Assembly: GCA_964480475.1 (NCBI GenBank) | Contig: CAYZPW010000004.1 | Coordinates: forward strand, 1-58,715 | Direction: 5' to 3' | DNA length: 58,715 nt | Source: an uncultured bacterium | GTDB lineage: Bacteria; B130-G9 | In this document: positions 26,357 to 35,831 of the stretch, one piece after another | Numbering within the stretch: position 1 is the stretch's first letter | How the letters are laid out: each line of letters opens with the position of its first letter | Notes under the pieces: model-generated | What the model was told of the DNA's origin: nothing | Database searches by the model: none | The model's input: the letters and a program-made list of their open reading frames with translations, nothing else | Program-made: the position numbers and the translations under genes

Positions 26357-29238
26357 TATCGGTTCTCTCCGTTTCTCAATTGGGATGTTGCTATCTCAAA
26401 TGAAGTAGCCCTGGCGGCCGAGTAGAGGTCGTAAGTGCCGGATAATGTCACGGCGCCATAGGCAGAGTACTGCCCTGACGGAAAATGCTCTGTAATAGAC
26501 ATCTCAGCGACCTGGAAGAACAAGTCAGTTCCGGTCATGGCGAAAAACGGGAAGCCCACTATGTCCGATGTAAAGCCCAGACCATCGAAGAAAAGAAATC
26601 CCCCAGGGGTATCGATTGCTAAATAGACATCGATGCGGACCGACGGACCCTTGTGCTCAAGGCGCGCATCGAGTCTAAGTGTATCGCCGGGCACGAAAAC
26701 GGTGCCATTGACCAAGGGGAAGAGCGCCGGATACAGTCTTCTACAGAGCGTTATCTCCGTTATCTTAGTCTGGCCCCCGATGAGCAGAACGTCGAGTTCC
26801 TCGTATGGTTTGTAGGTAGGGGCGGAGACGTCAAGAGAGTATGAGCCTGCGGGCAGGTTCTCTATCGTGAACCTGCCGTCTGTGCCCGTTCGCACAGTTG
26901 ACGTCGTCGAGTCAAGGGCAACGAGCGCAGATTGAACCGGCTCGCCCGTTACAGCATCCAAAACCCGGCCCATGAGGGTCCCCGTCGTCCCCACATCCCC
27001 AAGTCTGAAGACGCCGCCGCCCTGGGTGGCTGCGTAAAGGACTGACCCGTCCGCGGAGATGTCAAGCGCCGTTATCGCTCGGTTCTCAAGGCCATCATTT
27101 ATGTGCATCCAGACCCCGCCGGCATCCTCCGACACGTATGCGCCGGTGTGCCAGTCGCCCGCAAAGACCCGATCGCTGTCGAGTGGATCGACCGCGAGGC
27201 CCCGCACCGTCGCCTCGGCATCTAAGCCGACATTAACCTGCATCCAGCTCAAACCGCCGTCCTGGCTCTTGAATATCCCGGCGTTTTCAGCCCCCGCGTA
27301 TAACACGTCCGGGTTGTTGGGGTCTATGGCTATTGACCTGATGTCCATTCTGGTTATCCCGGAGTTTATGTGAATCCAGTGTCCTCCGCCGTCAACTGTC
27401 TTGTAAACGCCGGAGTTGAGCGTCACGGCATAGGCGGTGTCGGGGTCGTGCGGGTGCACAACGATGGCGTTGATGTTCTTTGTGGTCTTCTCCAGACCAT
27501 CGTTCATCTGAACCCAGGTATCGCCCCCGTCCGTCGATTTATAGACCCCCATGCTCGGCCGGGTGGTATCGTAAGGGGTCATTCGGTCGAACTCGATCGT
27601 CTTATCGGGTATCCTCGCGCCTGCATATATAACCGAGGGATCCGAGGGCGCAAAGACAACTGTCTTGATCCCATGAAGAGAAAGAGGGTAGTGGACCTGG
27701 TCAACTGGAATGATGACCAGCAGGATCTCCCAGGATTCCCCGCGGTCCTGAGTCCTGTATAGCTCCCCGTAGAACTGGTCGGCAGCAAGGACAACGTTTG
27801 GCTCGTCCGGTTTGACGCAAACGGCCGACCACTCGGGCCTTGGTTGGACGCCGGACATTCCCCCGGTTCCCAACCAGTTGAGGCCGCCATCAAAGCTCTT
27901 GAACGGGCCGGGTCGCCCCACGGCAAATACAACGGACGGACTGTAGGGGTCCATGGCGATGTCAGTCAGCTCGGCGCCAGTGAAACCGTTCATTGCGTTC
28001 ATCCAGGTGGCGCCGGCGTCCAAAGACAAATACAGCCCGCCCGTGTAGGAGTTCACAAACACCTTGTCCGGGTTGGTGGGGTCGATCGTTATGGTTATCG
28101 GAACACCTGAATAGACGTCCGGTAGGCCCAGAGGCATCGTATCCCACGACTCTCCTCCATCGTAGCTTCTCGCAAACTGCCATTCGCTTGATGCGTAGAT
28201 GATGTCAGGATCGCTCCGGTCAACCTCCACTGCGTTCCAACAGCGATACGCCGGCCCGATCTCCGTCCAGCTCTGGCCCCCATCCGTGGTCTTTAGGATG
28301 GAGCCGTGCCGTGGCTCTGGCTCTGGGCCGAAACCCTCGTGCCGGCCCGTCGCGCAGAAGAGCGTGTTGTGGTCGAACGGGTGCATAGTCAGGCCCCCAA
28401 CCACAAGGTTATCAATGCCATTGTTGATATGATACCACGTGGCGCCTCCGTCATCGGACTTAAGTATGCCCTCGGGGACCACGTCCCACCTATCAAATAT
28501 GCCGGTTGCCGTATAGACAACGTCCGTGTCCTCGGGGTCGATCACGATGTACCGAACCAGGGCGTCGCAGTCCAAAACCGTGAACCAGTTGTCCCCACCG
28601 TCGGTCGTCTTGAATATCATGCCTCGCGACTTGTTCTGGCCGATGAGCGGAATCTCCACCCCAGTATAGACGATGTTTGTGTCGTCGGGGTTGATCGTGA
28701 ACGACCTGAACGACATGCCCTCCAGGTCGGGTATCCCGCGGTCCATCTTGACCCAGCTCTCGCCCTTGTCGAATGACTTATAGACCCCACGCATCCCATA
28801 CGTCCCGCACCAAACTATGTTGGAGTCGTATGGGTCAATCGTGCAGCAGAAAATCGGAACCGAGTCGAGCGACGGCCCGAATCTGCTTGTGATGCCCTCG
28901 TTTCTCGGGTACCATGTATAGCCGCCATCGTAGCTCTTGCACATGCCCGCCCACTGGTCGGTTGTATAGACGATGTTGGGGTCCCGCGGGTCGATGCGTG
29001 TGTCGTAGCCCAGCCCCCCGGGCGGTCCCAACGTCGATGTCCACCTGAGGGGTCTAGGCTCCTGAGCCCAAGCGCTCGGGAGTATGAAGAGGCCCCCCAA
29101 AACTAGGATAAGGATGAAGCTCCAGGAAAACTTCGCCCCGAAGCGCGGATGGCATCCAGATGCTAGGCTGCGGGCAAATGCTTGAAAGGCTACTCCCACG
29201 TCGTCAATCTCCCCCGAAATGGAATGTCTCGGTCTCAC
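26356..29238 (-). CDS. Exported BNR/VPS10-like beta-propeller protein with carboxypeptidase-regulatory-like domain and shared terminal module
   Basis: Many SxDGGxTW Asp-box repeats; GTLMGRVLDA..GEPV domain; C-terminal FVPGD..IDVYLAIDTPGG module. Confidence 0.85.
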   Translation of the reverse strand: MRPRHSISGEIDDVGVAFQAFARSLASGCHPRFGAKFSWSFILILVLGGLFILPSAWAQEPRPLRWTSTLGPPGGLGYDTRIDPRDPNIVYTTDQWAGMCKSYDGGYTWYPRNEGITSRFGPSLDSVPIFCCTIDPYDSNIVWCGTYGMRGVYKSFDKGESWVKMDRGIPDLEGMSFRSFTINPDDTNIVYTGVEIPLIGQNKSRGMIFKTTDGGDNWFTVLDCDALVRYIVIDPEDTDVVYTATGIFDRWDVVPEGILKSDDGGATWYHINNGIDNLVVGGLTMHPFDHNTLFCATGRHEGFGPEPEPRHGSILKTTDGGQSWTEIGPAYRCWNAVEVDRSDPDIIYASSEWQFARSYDGGESWDTMPLGLPDVYSGVPITITIDPTNPDKVFVNSYTGGLYLSLDAGATWMNAMNGFTGAELTDIAMDPYSPSVVFAVGRPGPFKSFDGGLNWLGTGGMSGVQPRPEWSAVCVKPDEPNVVLAADQFYGELYRTQDRGESWEILLVIIPVDQVHYPLSLHGIKTVVFAPSDPSVIYAGARIPDKTIEFDRMTPYDTTRPSMGVYKSTDGGDTWVQMNDGLEKTTKNINAIVVHPHDPDTAYAVTLNSGVYKTVDGGGHWIHINSGITRMDIRSIAIDPNNPDVLYAGAENAGIFKSQDGGLSWMQVNVGLDAEATVRGLAVDPLDSDRVFAGDWHTGAYVSEDAGGVWMHINDGLENRAITALDISADGSVLYAATQGGGVFRLGDVGTTGTLMGRVLDAVTGEPVQSALVALDSTTSTVRTGTDGRFTIENLPAGSYSLDVSAPTYKPYEELDVLLIGGQTKITEITLCRRLYPALFPLVNGTVFVPGDTLRLDARLEHKGPSVRIDVYLAIDTPGGFLFFDGLGFTSDIVGFPFFAMTGTDLFFQVAEMSITEHFPSGQYSAYGAVTLSGTYDLYSAARATSFEIATSQLRNGENR

Positions 29239-31210
29239 TTGTCATCAAGATGTCTTCGAGCTGCAAGCCTTTCTCATCGGCCACGTCCTTGAAGACTTTC
29301 CGATAGATAAGCCGCGCATCGACCGTCGCGGTGTTTGCGGCCACTGGCAAGCGGAATTCGTAGGTTGAAAAATCGGATTGAAGCGCGGGGATGCGGGTGT
29401 CGGACAGGATCATCGTCTGCCGCCACGACGGGGCGGGGTGATTGCCAAGCTGGTCAACCAGTATCTTGGCGAACATCTTCCCCGGGCGCCCGGCGAAGTC
29501 CCGTGGCCCGCCGCCCGTGCCGCCATAACCCAGCACAACTTGCTCCCCGACGAACTCAAGCTCGTTGCCGTCGCGATCGAAGGCGTTGACAAGTAGTATG
29601 ATGTTGCGTATCGGCCTGCCGGTAGGAAGATGATGTCCTGCAAAGGCGTTGAACACCTCGACTGTCGCCACAAGGCGGTTGTCCGGTTCCTTTGAGGCCG
29701 CAATTGATAGTATCGCCGATTCGTAGTGCAGCGAGATGCTGTCCTCTCCCATGATGAGATGAGAAGGGATGGTGTCCGGGTCTCTCTCCCTCGCGTGGCT
29801 GAGAGGAGCGAAGTTCTTGGTGATCCCATCCGGCCTGTAGTGGCAGGCCTGGCACTGTATGCCCATTTCCTTATATTCGCTGGCTTCCCACTCGGGGAAC
29901 GATGTGTATGTCGGCACGCCCCAGAACTCACAAGCGTGGCAAGGTGCGCATATCTCGCTTCTCTTCATCAGGGGCAGGAAGGTGCTTATACGCCCAGCAT
30001 CTTTGATGGGTCCCAGCACAATCCAGCGGTCAGGGAACGGACGGCGCAATTCAATTGCGTTAATGCCATAGACCGTGCCCGGGTTAGACAGATCGACGTC
30101 GATGATCTTATGGCAGAAATCACAGAAGACGCCTTGCTGACCCAACGGACTGAGATTAGCCATATCCGAATCGTATGGCGATTTGAGCGCCTCAGAGGGA
30201 GCGTGGCAAAGCGCACAGCTGCCTGCCGTCTCCGGGAAATCGAGCTTGTAGCCAAGCCCAACGCCAGGGTTACCGCCAACGTCGGCCCCAGTATAAAGCG
30301 TCTGAAAAATAGCATTGCTGGCGGAGCGAGCGTGGAAATTGGCGGACCACTGCTGAAACGGAGGGGTAAGGCATTTCATGCAATTGAATTGGTGGTCGGA
30401 TACGGACGGTATCGGCGGAACCCATTCATATTCCTCGTTATCAACCGGGGTTATTGGGTCCAGGGATAGCACGACGCTAGTGGTTGGCGTGAGAACCTCA
30501 ACAGCGGCGCAATAATACTCGTATTTCCAGCCAGAGACGTCGAGTCGCACGTCGCATGGAACACCCTCAAGAACGAATCTGCCATCTCTGTCGCTCTGAA
30601 CCTCATTCGACGAGGCGCGCACCTTTACCGTCGCAGATGAGGCGGGGCCGTTCTCATCGAATATCTGACCGGAGATGATGCAGTGCTGCGGGTCAAAAGT
30701 GAACGATTCGGCACTGAACGTGACGGGCAGGAGAGTGTCAGCAGAAGTCAGCATTCCCCATAGCCAATACTCACCTTGAGGCAGGCTCAGATCGTGCCTA
30801 AGAATGGCCCTATAGACAAGTGTCTTAGGAAGCATACCATGCCGCGTGATATGAAAGCCTCTCGCTGCGGGAACCGGAGAGGGGGAACCCATCCAGCTCG
30901 CCTCGACCAGGCTGCCTTTTTCGACCATCAGGCCCGAGAATGACAAGTCTGGAAGCAAGCAGTATAACCTCCCGTCCGGCAGCTCCAGGCCAAGATACAT
31001 ATCGACGGCAACATCCTCCTGAGGCGGGCAAATCTCGACGTAGAGCCTCAACCGATCCCAGGTGATGTAGTGGACCTTTTCGGCGAAGAACCTGATCGAG
31101 AGGTCTTCATAGCTCAAGGACGTTTGCCCCGTGACAAGCAAAGGCAAGCCACAGGAACACAAACCGGTCATTACGACTATAAGGCACTTGATGTGCCGAG
31201 CACAGGTCAT
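29204..31210 (-). CDS. Exported multiheme c-type cytochrome (c554-like) with N-terminal shared module
   Basis: CALCH, CDFCH, CAPCH, CQACH plus one CMKCL; GHHLPTG; carboxypeptidase-regulatory-like domain; start 31210 or 31237. Confidence 0.85.
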   Translation of the reverse strand: MTCARHIKCLIVVMTGLCSCGLPLLVTGQTSLSYEDLSIRFFAEKVHYITWDRLRLYVEICPPQEDVAVDMYLGLELPDGRLYCLLPDLSFSGLMVEKGSLVEASWMGSPSPVPAARGFHITRHGMLPKTLVYRAILRHDLSLPQGEYWLWGMLTSADTLLPVTFSAESFTFDPQHCIISGQIFDENGPASSATVKVRASSNEVQSDRDGRFVLEGVPCDVRLDVSGWKYEYYCAAVEVLTPTTSVVLSLDPITPVDNEEYEWVPPIPSVSDHQFNCMKCLTPPFQQWSANFHARSASNAIFQTLYTGADVGGNPGVGLGYKLDFPETAGSCALCHAPSEALKSPYDSDMANLSPLGQQGVFCDFCHKIIDVDLSNPGTVYGINAIELRRPFPDRWIVLGPIKDAGRISTFLPLMKRSEICAPCHACEFWGVPTYTSFPEWEASEYKEMGIQCQACHYRPDGITKNFAPLSHARERDPDTIPSHLIMGEDSISLHYESAILSIAASKEPDNRLVATVEVFNAFAGHHLPTGRPIRNIILLVNAFDRDGNELEFVGEQVVLGYGGTGGGPRDFAGRPGKMFAKILVDQLGNHPAPSWRQTMILSDTRIPALQSDFSTYEFRLPVAANTATVDARLIYRKVFKDVADEKGLQLEDILMTSETETFHFGGD

Positions 31211-31282
31211 GAAACTACCCCCGGATCTATCCAACAATTAATATGCGCCACGTCAACACTGAACGTCAAGGCTGAACGCCCC

Positions 31283-31555
31283 CCCCAATAATCAGATTGA
31301 CGCAAGCTGGTTCTGGCTTTTGGAGCGCGGCGGCCTGACGCCGCTTTCATTGGCGGTGACCTGGCACCGCCTTCTCTAGACTGCGTTGAGAGCGTTCAGG
31401 TGGGTGATCTGGAAAGCGCGGAATCATTCATTAGAGCAGATGCCACGTCAGGCCGCGGCAAGTGAAAGCGGTGCCGGGACAGAAGCACTCCAAATCACCC
31501 AACGGGTGCAAGACGGATCGCTACTGTACTCGACAAGATCGGCCTCGTAAATGGC
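31283..31555. mobile_element. MITE-like element, copy 2 (truncated, inverted relative to copy 1)
   Basis: TIR CCCCAATAATCAGATTG; GCACTCCAAATCACCCAACGGGTGCAAGA..ATCGCTA.TGTA.TCGACAAGA..GCCTCGT.AATGGC matches the reverse complement of 638-705. Confidence 0.7.
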
Positions 31556-31738
31556 TCAGCCCGAATAATTCAAGGGCATGACTCTCGTCGGTGTAGGGCA
31601 GGCTTTCCGAGGCTGGGTCATAAGTCGATTGACGAGGATTTCGTCGTGCATTCAGACGACAACGATACAGGAAATACGGCAGATTGTCAAGATCAACGCG
31701 GCGGTTTTCTTATGCGACGCGATTGTCGGAATCGGCCT

Positions 31739-31844
31739 GTAGGGGCGTGGTCTCAGACCCGCCCGCCTACGTGAATCCCTGCGGATACGAGGCATCTTAT
31801 GCGAGCATCAATTAGAACGGGCGGGTCTGAGACCCCGCCCCTAC
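31739..31844. repeat. GTAG REP doublet, copy 3
   Basis: Near-perfect inverted arms and conserved spacer. Confidence 0.9.
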
Positions 31845-31953
31845 ACAACGTCAGATCCGACTTATTGGACAGCCTCTGGAACCCAGGGGCTGATGAGAGT
31901 GACCTGCCACGCAGAAATCTCGCCGCTGGTTTGGACAAGTTGCGGGCTTGCCC

Positions 31954-34110
31954 TCACCCCCCGGCGAGGTCATCCACATCCTGGCTGTTGATAAAGCCGA
32001 GTTCCAAAGCGACGGCGGCTCTGTAGAATCTGACGGCTCGCATGGTCTCGTCCTTGTTTGCCATCGAGAAGAGGTGCTTCAAAAGGGCCGCCATGAGGCG
32101 CACCGCTTCGAGGCCGACGATGAGCGTGCGATGCGTCAGGAGGGCGAGGCGCCCGTAGTGTTTTCTGATGAAGATATGCTTCGACGCGAGGTATTTGAGA
32201 ACCGTGAAATCGCCCCATCTCTGCTCACAGGACTTGCCGCCGAAGTGGACGACCTGTGCGTCATGCACAAAAAAGACTTTGTAGCCCGCCTTCTTGGTGC
32301 GGTAGCAGAGGTCGGTGTCCTCGTGGAACATGAAGTAGCCCTCGTCGAACGGGCCGATCTGTTCAAGCGCAGCTCTCTTGAGCATCAGGCACGCGCCGAC
32401 GAGCCAATCGACCTCGCGCGTGTCGTTGTGGTCCCAGTCCTCATAGACCAGTCTGGAGCGGATTCTCTGCGAGAAGATCGGCTTGAAGAGAAGGTGCGAC
32501 ATCATCAGGTTGAGATTGGTTAAAAAATTCCTGGCAGAGGGCTGGAGTGAGCCATCCTCGTTCAGTAGCCTCGGCCCTACAAGGGCGATTCCGTCGTCGA
32601 AGTCAAGCACCTTAATCATCGCCTGAAACATGCCCGGCTGAACGACGGTGTCCGGGTTCAGAAAACAGATGTGTCTGCCCATGGCGCGCCTCGCCGCAAC
32701 GTTATTTGCGACCGCGAACCCGTCGTTCCGGAGATTTCTGATGATCTTGACCCCGGGATGGCTCTCGGCCAGAGCCTCCACGCTTCCGTCGTGCGATGCG
32801 TTGTCAACGACGATAACCTCGCAGGGAATGTCACCGATGGTCTCCTTTATGGACTCGATGCAGTCCAGGAGGAGTTCTTTGACGTTCCAGTTGACGATAA
32901 TTATCGAGATTTCAGGGCGCTTTTCGGCAATCGTGTCGAGGTAGGTGTCCTCAAAAAAGACCTGCAACGACGGCTTCCTGGTCGCGTAGAGCTCCTCGTA
33001 AATGCTCAGTGTATGAGACGCTGTCTTTTCCCACGAGAAGAGCGAGGCGCGGGAAAGCCCGTCTCTTCGCATTTGACTTCTCAGCGATTCATCTGTCAGC
33101 ACCTTGAACATCGCCTCGGCCAGCTCCTCGGTGGAATAAGGATTGACCATGATGGCGGCGTCGCCGACTATCTCGGGCAGCGACGATGAGCTCGATGTGA
33201 TGACAGGGGCCCCGCAGGCCATCGCCTCAAGCGCCGGCAGGCCGAAGCCCTCGTAGAGCGACGGGAAGACGAAGAGCTCTGCCGCGCTGTAGAGCCGGGG
33301 CAGGTCCTCGTCCTTGACGTAGCTCGTAAAGACTATCGAATCCTCCAGGCCGAGCTCCCTGATTGTCGTGAAGACGTCCCCGTAAAGCCAGCCGAACATC
33401 CCACAGACCACAAGCTTGTGCTCGAGCTTCATCTCAGTCTTCAGAAGGTGATAGGCGCTCAGGAGGCGAGGCAGGTTCTTTCTCGGCTCGATCGTGTTGA
33501 CACACAATATATATGGGCCTTCGATGCCGAACTTCTCCCTGGTCGCGGCGATTTCCGCCGGGTCAGTTACGGGTTTCAGGTGCTCGTTGGTCGCGGAATA
33601 TACAACCCTGACCTTGCTTTCCGGCACCTTGAGGATACGGATCAGGTCCTCCTTGGTGTGGAACGACAGGGCGATGATCAAATCGGCCTTCTGAACGCCG
33701 ATCTTAGTCATCTGCCTCATATACCAGAAGTACTTCTTGCTGTTGGTCTGCGGGAACGTATAGACCACGAGGTCGTGCACGGTAACGACCGACTTGTAGC
33801 CGCTGGATACTACGGGGAGAAAGTAGCCGGGGTCGTGGAAGACATCCGTTCCCTCAGACCTCAGCCGATACGGAAGGTAGAAGTTCCGCCAGAAGTCACC
33901 GACGAGGTGGTTCTCGATCGTTATCGGCGTTTCGTGGGTCCTGAAATTGGGATTCTTGAAATCGATCTTGTTGGTTCTTAACGGGTTATGAAAGATTGTG
34001 TAGTGATTCCTGGTGTCGATTCTCTCCATTGCGCGCAGCAGATTGAAGGTATAAACGCCCATCCCGGCGTGGCGATCGCTGATCCGTCTGGCGTCTATTG
34101 CGATTTGCAT
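31954..34110 (-). CDS. Bifunctional GT4-GT2 glycosyltransferase fusion
   Basis: N-half [29 protein letters not shown]; C-half [40 protein letters not shown]. Confidence 0.92.
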   Translation of the reverse strand: MQIAIDARRISDRHAGMGVYTFNLLRAMERIDTRNHYTIFHNPLRTNKIDFKNPNFRTHETPITIENHLVGDFWRNFYLPYRLRSEGTDVFHDPGYFLPVVSSGYKSVVTVHDLVVYTFPQTNSKKYFWYMRQMTKIGVQKADLIIALSFHTKEDLIRILKVPESKVRVVYSATNEHLKPVTDPAEIAATREKFGIEGPYILCVNTIEPRKNLPRLLSAYHLLKTEMKLEHKLVVCGMFGWLYGDVFTTIRELGLEDSIVFTSYVKDEDLPRLYSAAELFVFPSLYEGFGLPALEAMACGAPVITSSSSSLPEIVGDAAIMVNPYSTEELAEAMFKVLTDESLRSQMRRDGLSRASLFSWEKTASHTLSIYEELYATRKPSLQVFFEDTYLDTIAEKRPEISIIIVNWNVKELLLDCIESIKETIGDIPCEVIVVDNASHDGSVEALAESHPGVKIIRNLRNDGFAVANNVAARRAMGRHICFLNPDTVVQPGMFQAMIKVLDFDDGIALVGPRLLNEDGSLQPSARNFLTNLNLMMSHLLFKPIFSQRIRSRLVYEDWDHNDTREVDWLVGACLMLKRAALEQIGPFDEGYFMFHEDTDLCYRTKKAGYKVFFVHDAQVVHFGGKSCEQRWGDFTVLKYLASKHIFIRKHYGRLALLTHRTLIVGLEAVRLMAALLKHLFSMANKDETMRAVRFYRAAVALELGFINSQDVDDLAGG

Positions 34111-34144
34111 GTTTGTGAGCTCGGGGAAGATGCGACGTTAGCCG

Positions 34145-35764
34145 CTAGGCAGCCATGTCAAACGAGTCTTGCCGAGAGGCGGCGCCAGCCTTGGGCTGCG
34201 TGCCCGGCTCAGTTCGCTCTTTAAGCAGCGGCAAATACACTTCCTCGAGCATTTTTCGCGCCTCAGGCATCAGTTCGATTGCCTTTTGGACGTGATCGTC
34301 AACGGCAGTGAACGTCACCGCAGCCTCCTTGTTTCCCCACAATGACCGCACGATACGCCATTTGATGTAAGTCTTGACGTAGCCGCCCTCGTCGCCGAGG
34401 AGTTCTTCAGAGGTGACCTCTACGCCGTTGTCGGACGCAAACTGGACTAACTCAGCGACGATGTCGTCGGTAACCTCGAAGTCCACGGCGAGGTCCCTGT
34501 GCTGCGAGGCGTAGTGCAACCCAAATAGCGTGAATATATTATTGCGAAGCAGATTCTCGAAGCCTTTGCCAAGCTTGGTGTATTCGACGACGACGTCCGG
34601 GTGGATGCCGCCTCCACCGGTGAGTTCCCGGCCAGCCCGCGACTTGTAGATGACCTGATCTGCTTCCTCAGCCTGCTTCTCCCCTCCCAGGTATTTGCTG
34701 CTGCCGTATTGGGAGTATGGTTTCTGGATACACCTGCCGGACGGCGTGTAATACCGCGCCGTGGTCAGAACGAGGGTCCAGCTCTCTGGCAGTTGGATGA
34801 CGCTCTGCACTAGCCCCTTTCCGAAGCTCCTGGTGCCGACGACCAGGCCTCTGTCGTTGTCCTGAACCGCGCCCGAGACGATCTCGGAACCCGATGCGGT
34901 TCCGTTGTCTATAAGGATTATCAGCGGTATATGCGGCAGCTTGGTCCTCTCGGTCGCGGACACGGCCTGATTCGACTCAGCGGTTCGGCCCTTTGTCGAG
35001 ACGATGGGGAGACCCACGTCCAGAAACATGTCACTGACGGCGATTGCCTGAGTCAGCAGGCCGCCGCCGTTGTTACGTAGGTCAAGGACGAGCTCCTGCA
35101 TCCCATCTTTCTTGAGCTCCTGGATCGCCTCGTTCATCTCGCTTGTGGTCGTTTCGGCGAATCTGGTGAGCCTAAGGTAGCCAATCGTCTCGTTGAGCAT
35201 GAAGTAATACGGCACACTTGAGGTCGGTATCTTGTCCCTCTTGATCGTGAACGTCAGCAGCTCCGGAACGCCCTCTCGCTGTACCGTAATCGTAACCTTC
35301 GTGCCCTTGGGGCCTTTGAGCTTCTTTATCACGTCCACCGTGGAGATGTTCCTGGCGTCCTCGCCCTCGATCTCCACGATCCGGTCGCCAGCCAAAAGGC
35401 CCACCTTGTAGGCCGGAGTGCCCTCTATCGGCGAGATGACCGTCAGGATTCCATCGATTATATCAAACTGAATACCAATCCCGTAGAAACTCCCCTTCTG
35501 GTCCTCCCGCATCTGCTTGCTCATCAGCTCGTTCAGAAGGTGAGAGTGCGGGTCCAATACCCTCAGCATCCCCTGTATCGAAGACATTATTAGTTCCGAC
35601 GCTTCCTGCTTCTCCACGTAGCGATGCTGAACGATCGTGAGCACCTCGTTGTAGAGGAAGAGGTTCCTGAAATGCTCCGTCAGATTGGACCCTATTCCAA
35701 CACCGACGGCCGCGAAAAGCGCGACCAAAACTACTATGACTATCCCCCGCAGCGTCTGTCTCAC
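34145..35764 (-). CDS. ctpA: S41 carboxyl-terminal processing protease with PDZ domain
   Basis: LDPHS, GIGI PDZ loop, LDLRNNGGGLL, catalytic TASGSEI and FGKGLVQ, LTTARYYTPSG. Confidence 0.93.
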   Translation of the reverse strand: MRQTLRGIVIVVLVALFAAVGVGIGSNLTEHFRNLFLYNEVLTIVQHRYVEKQEASELIMSSIQGMLRVLDPHSHLLNELMSKQMREDQKGSFYGIGIQFDIIDGILTVISPIEGTPAYKVGLLAGDRIVEIEGEDARNISTVDVIKKLKGPKGTKVTITVQREGVPELLTFTIKRDKIPTSSVPYYFMLNETIGYLRLTRFAETTTSEMNEAIQELKKDGMQELVLDLRNNGGGLLTQAIAVSDMFLDVGLPIVSTKGRTAESNQAVSATERTKLPHIPLIILIDNGTASGSEIVSGAVQDNDRGLVVGTRSFGKGLVQSVIQLPESWTLVLTTARYYTPSGRCIQKPYSQYGSSKYLGGEKQAEEADQVIYKSRAGRELTGGGGIHPDVVVEYTKLGKGFENLLRNNIFTLFGLHYASQHRDLAVDFEVTDDIVAELVQFASDNGVEVTSEELLGDEGGYVKTYIKWRIVRSLWGNKEAAVTFTAVDDHVQKAIELMPEARKMLEEVYLPLLKERTEPGTQPKAGAASRQDSFDMAA

Positions 35765-35831
35765 GGTCTCCTATCCTCGCTCTTAAAGGGTGCAGTTCGC
35801 CACGCGGCGAACACCCCTACCTCGTTATCCA

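Noticed and set aside
31559-31575. CCCGAATAATTCAA as an IS end truncating MITE copy 2
   Set aside because: No partner end or transposase is visible in the window.
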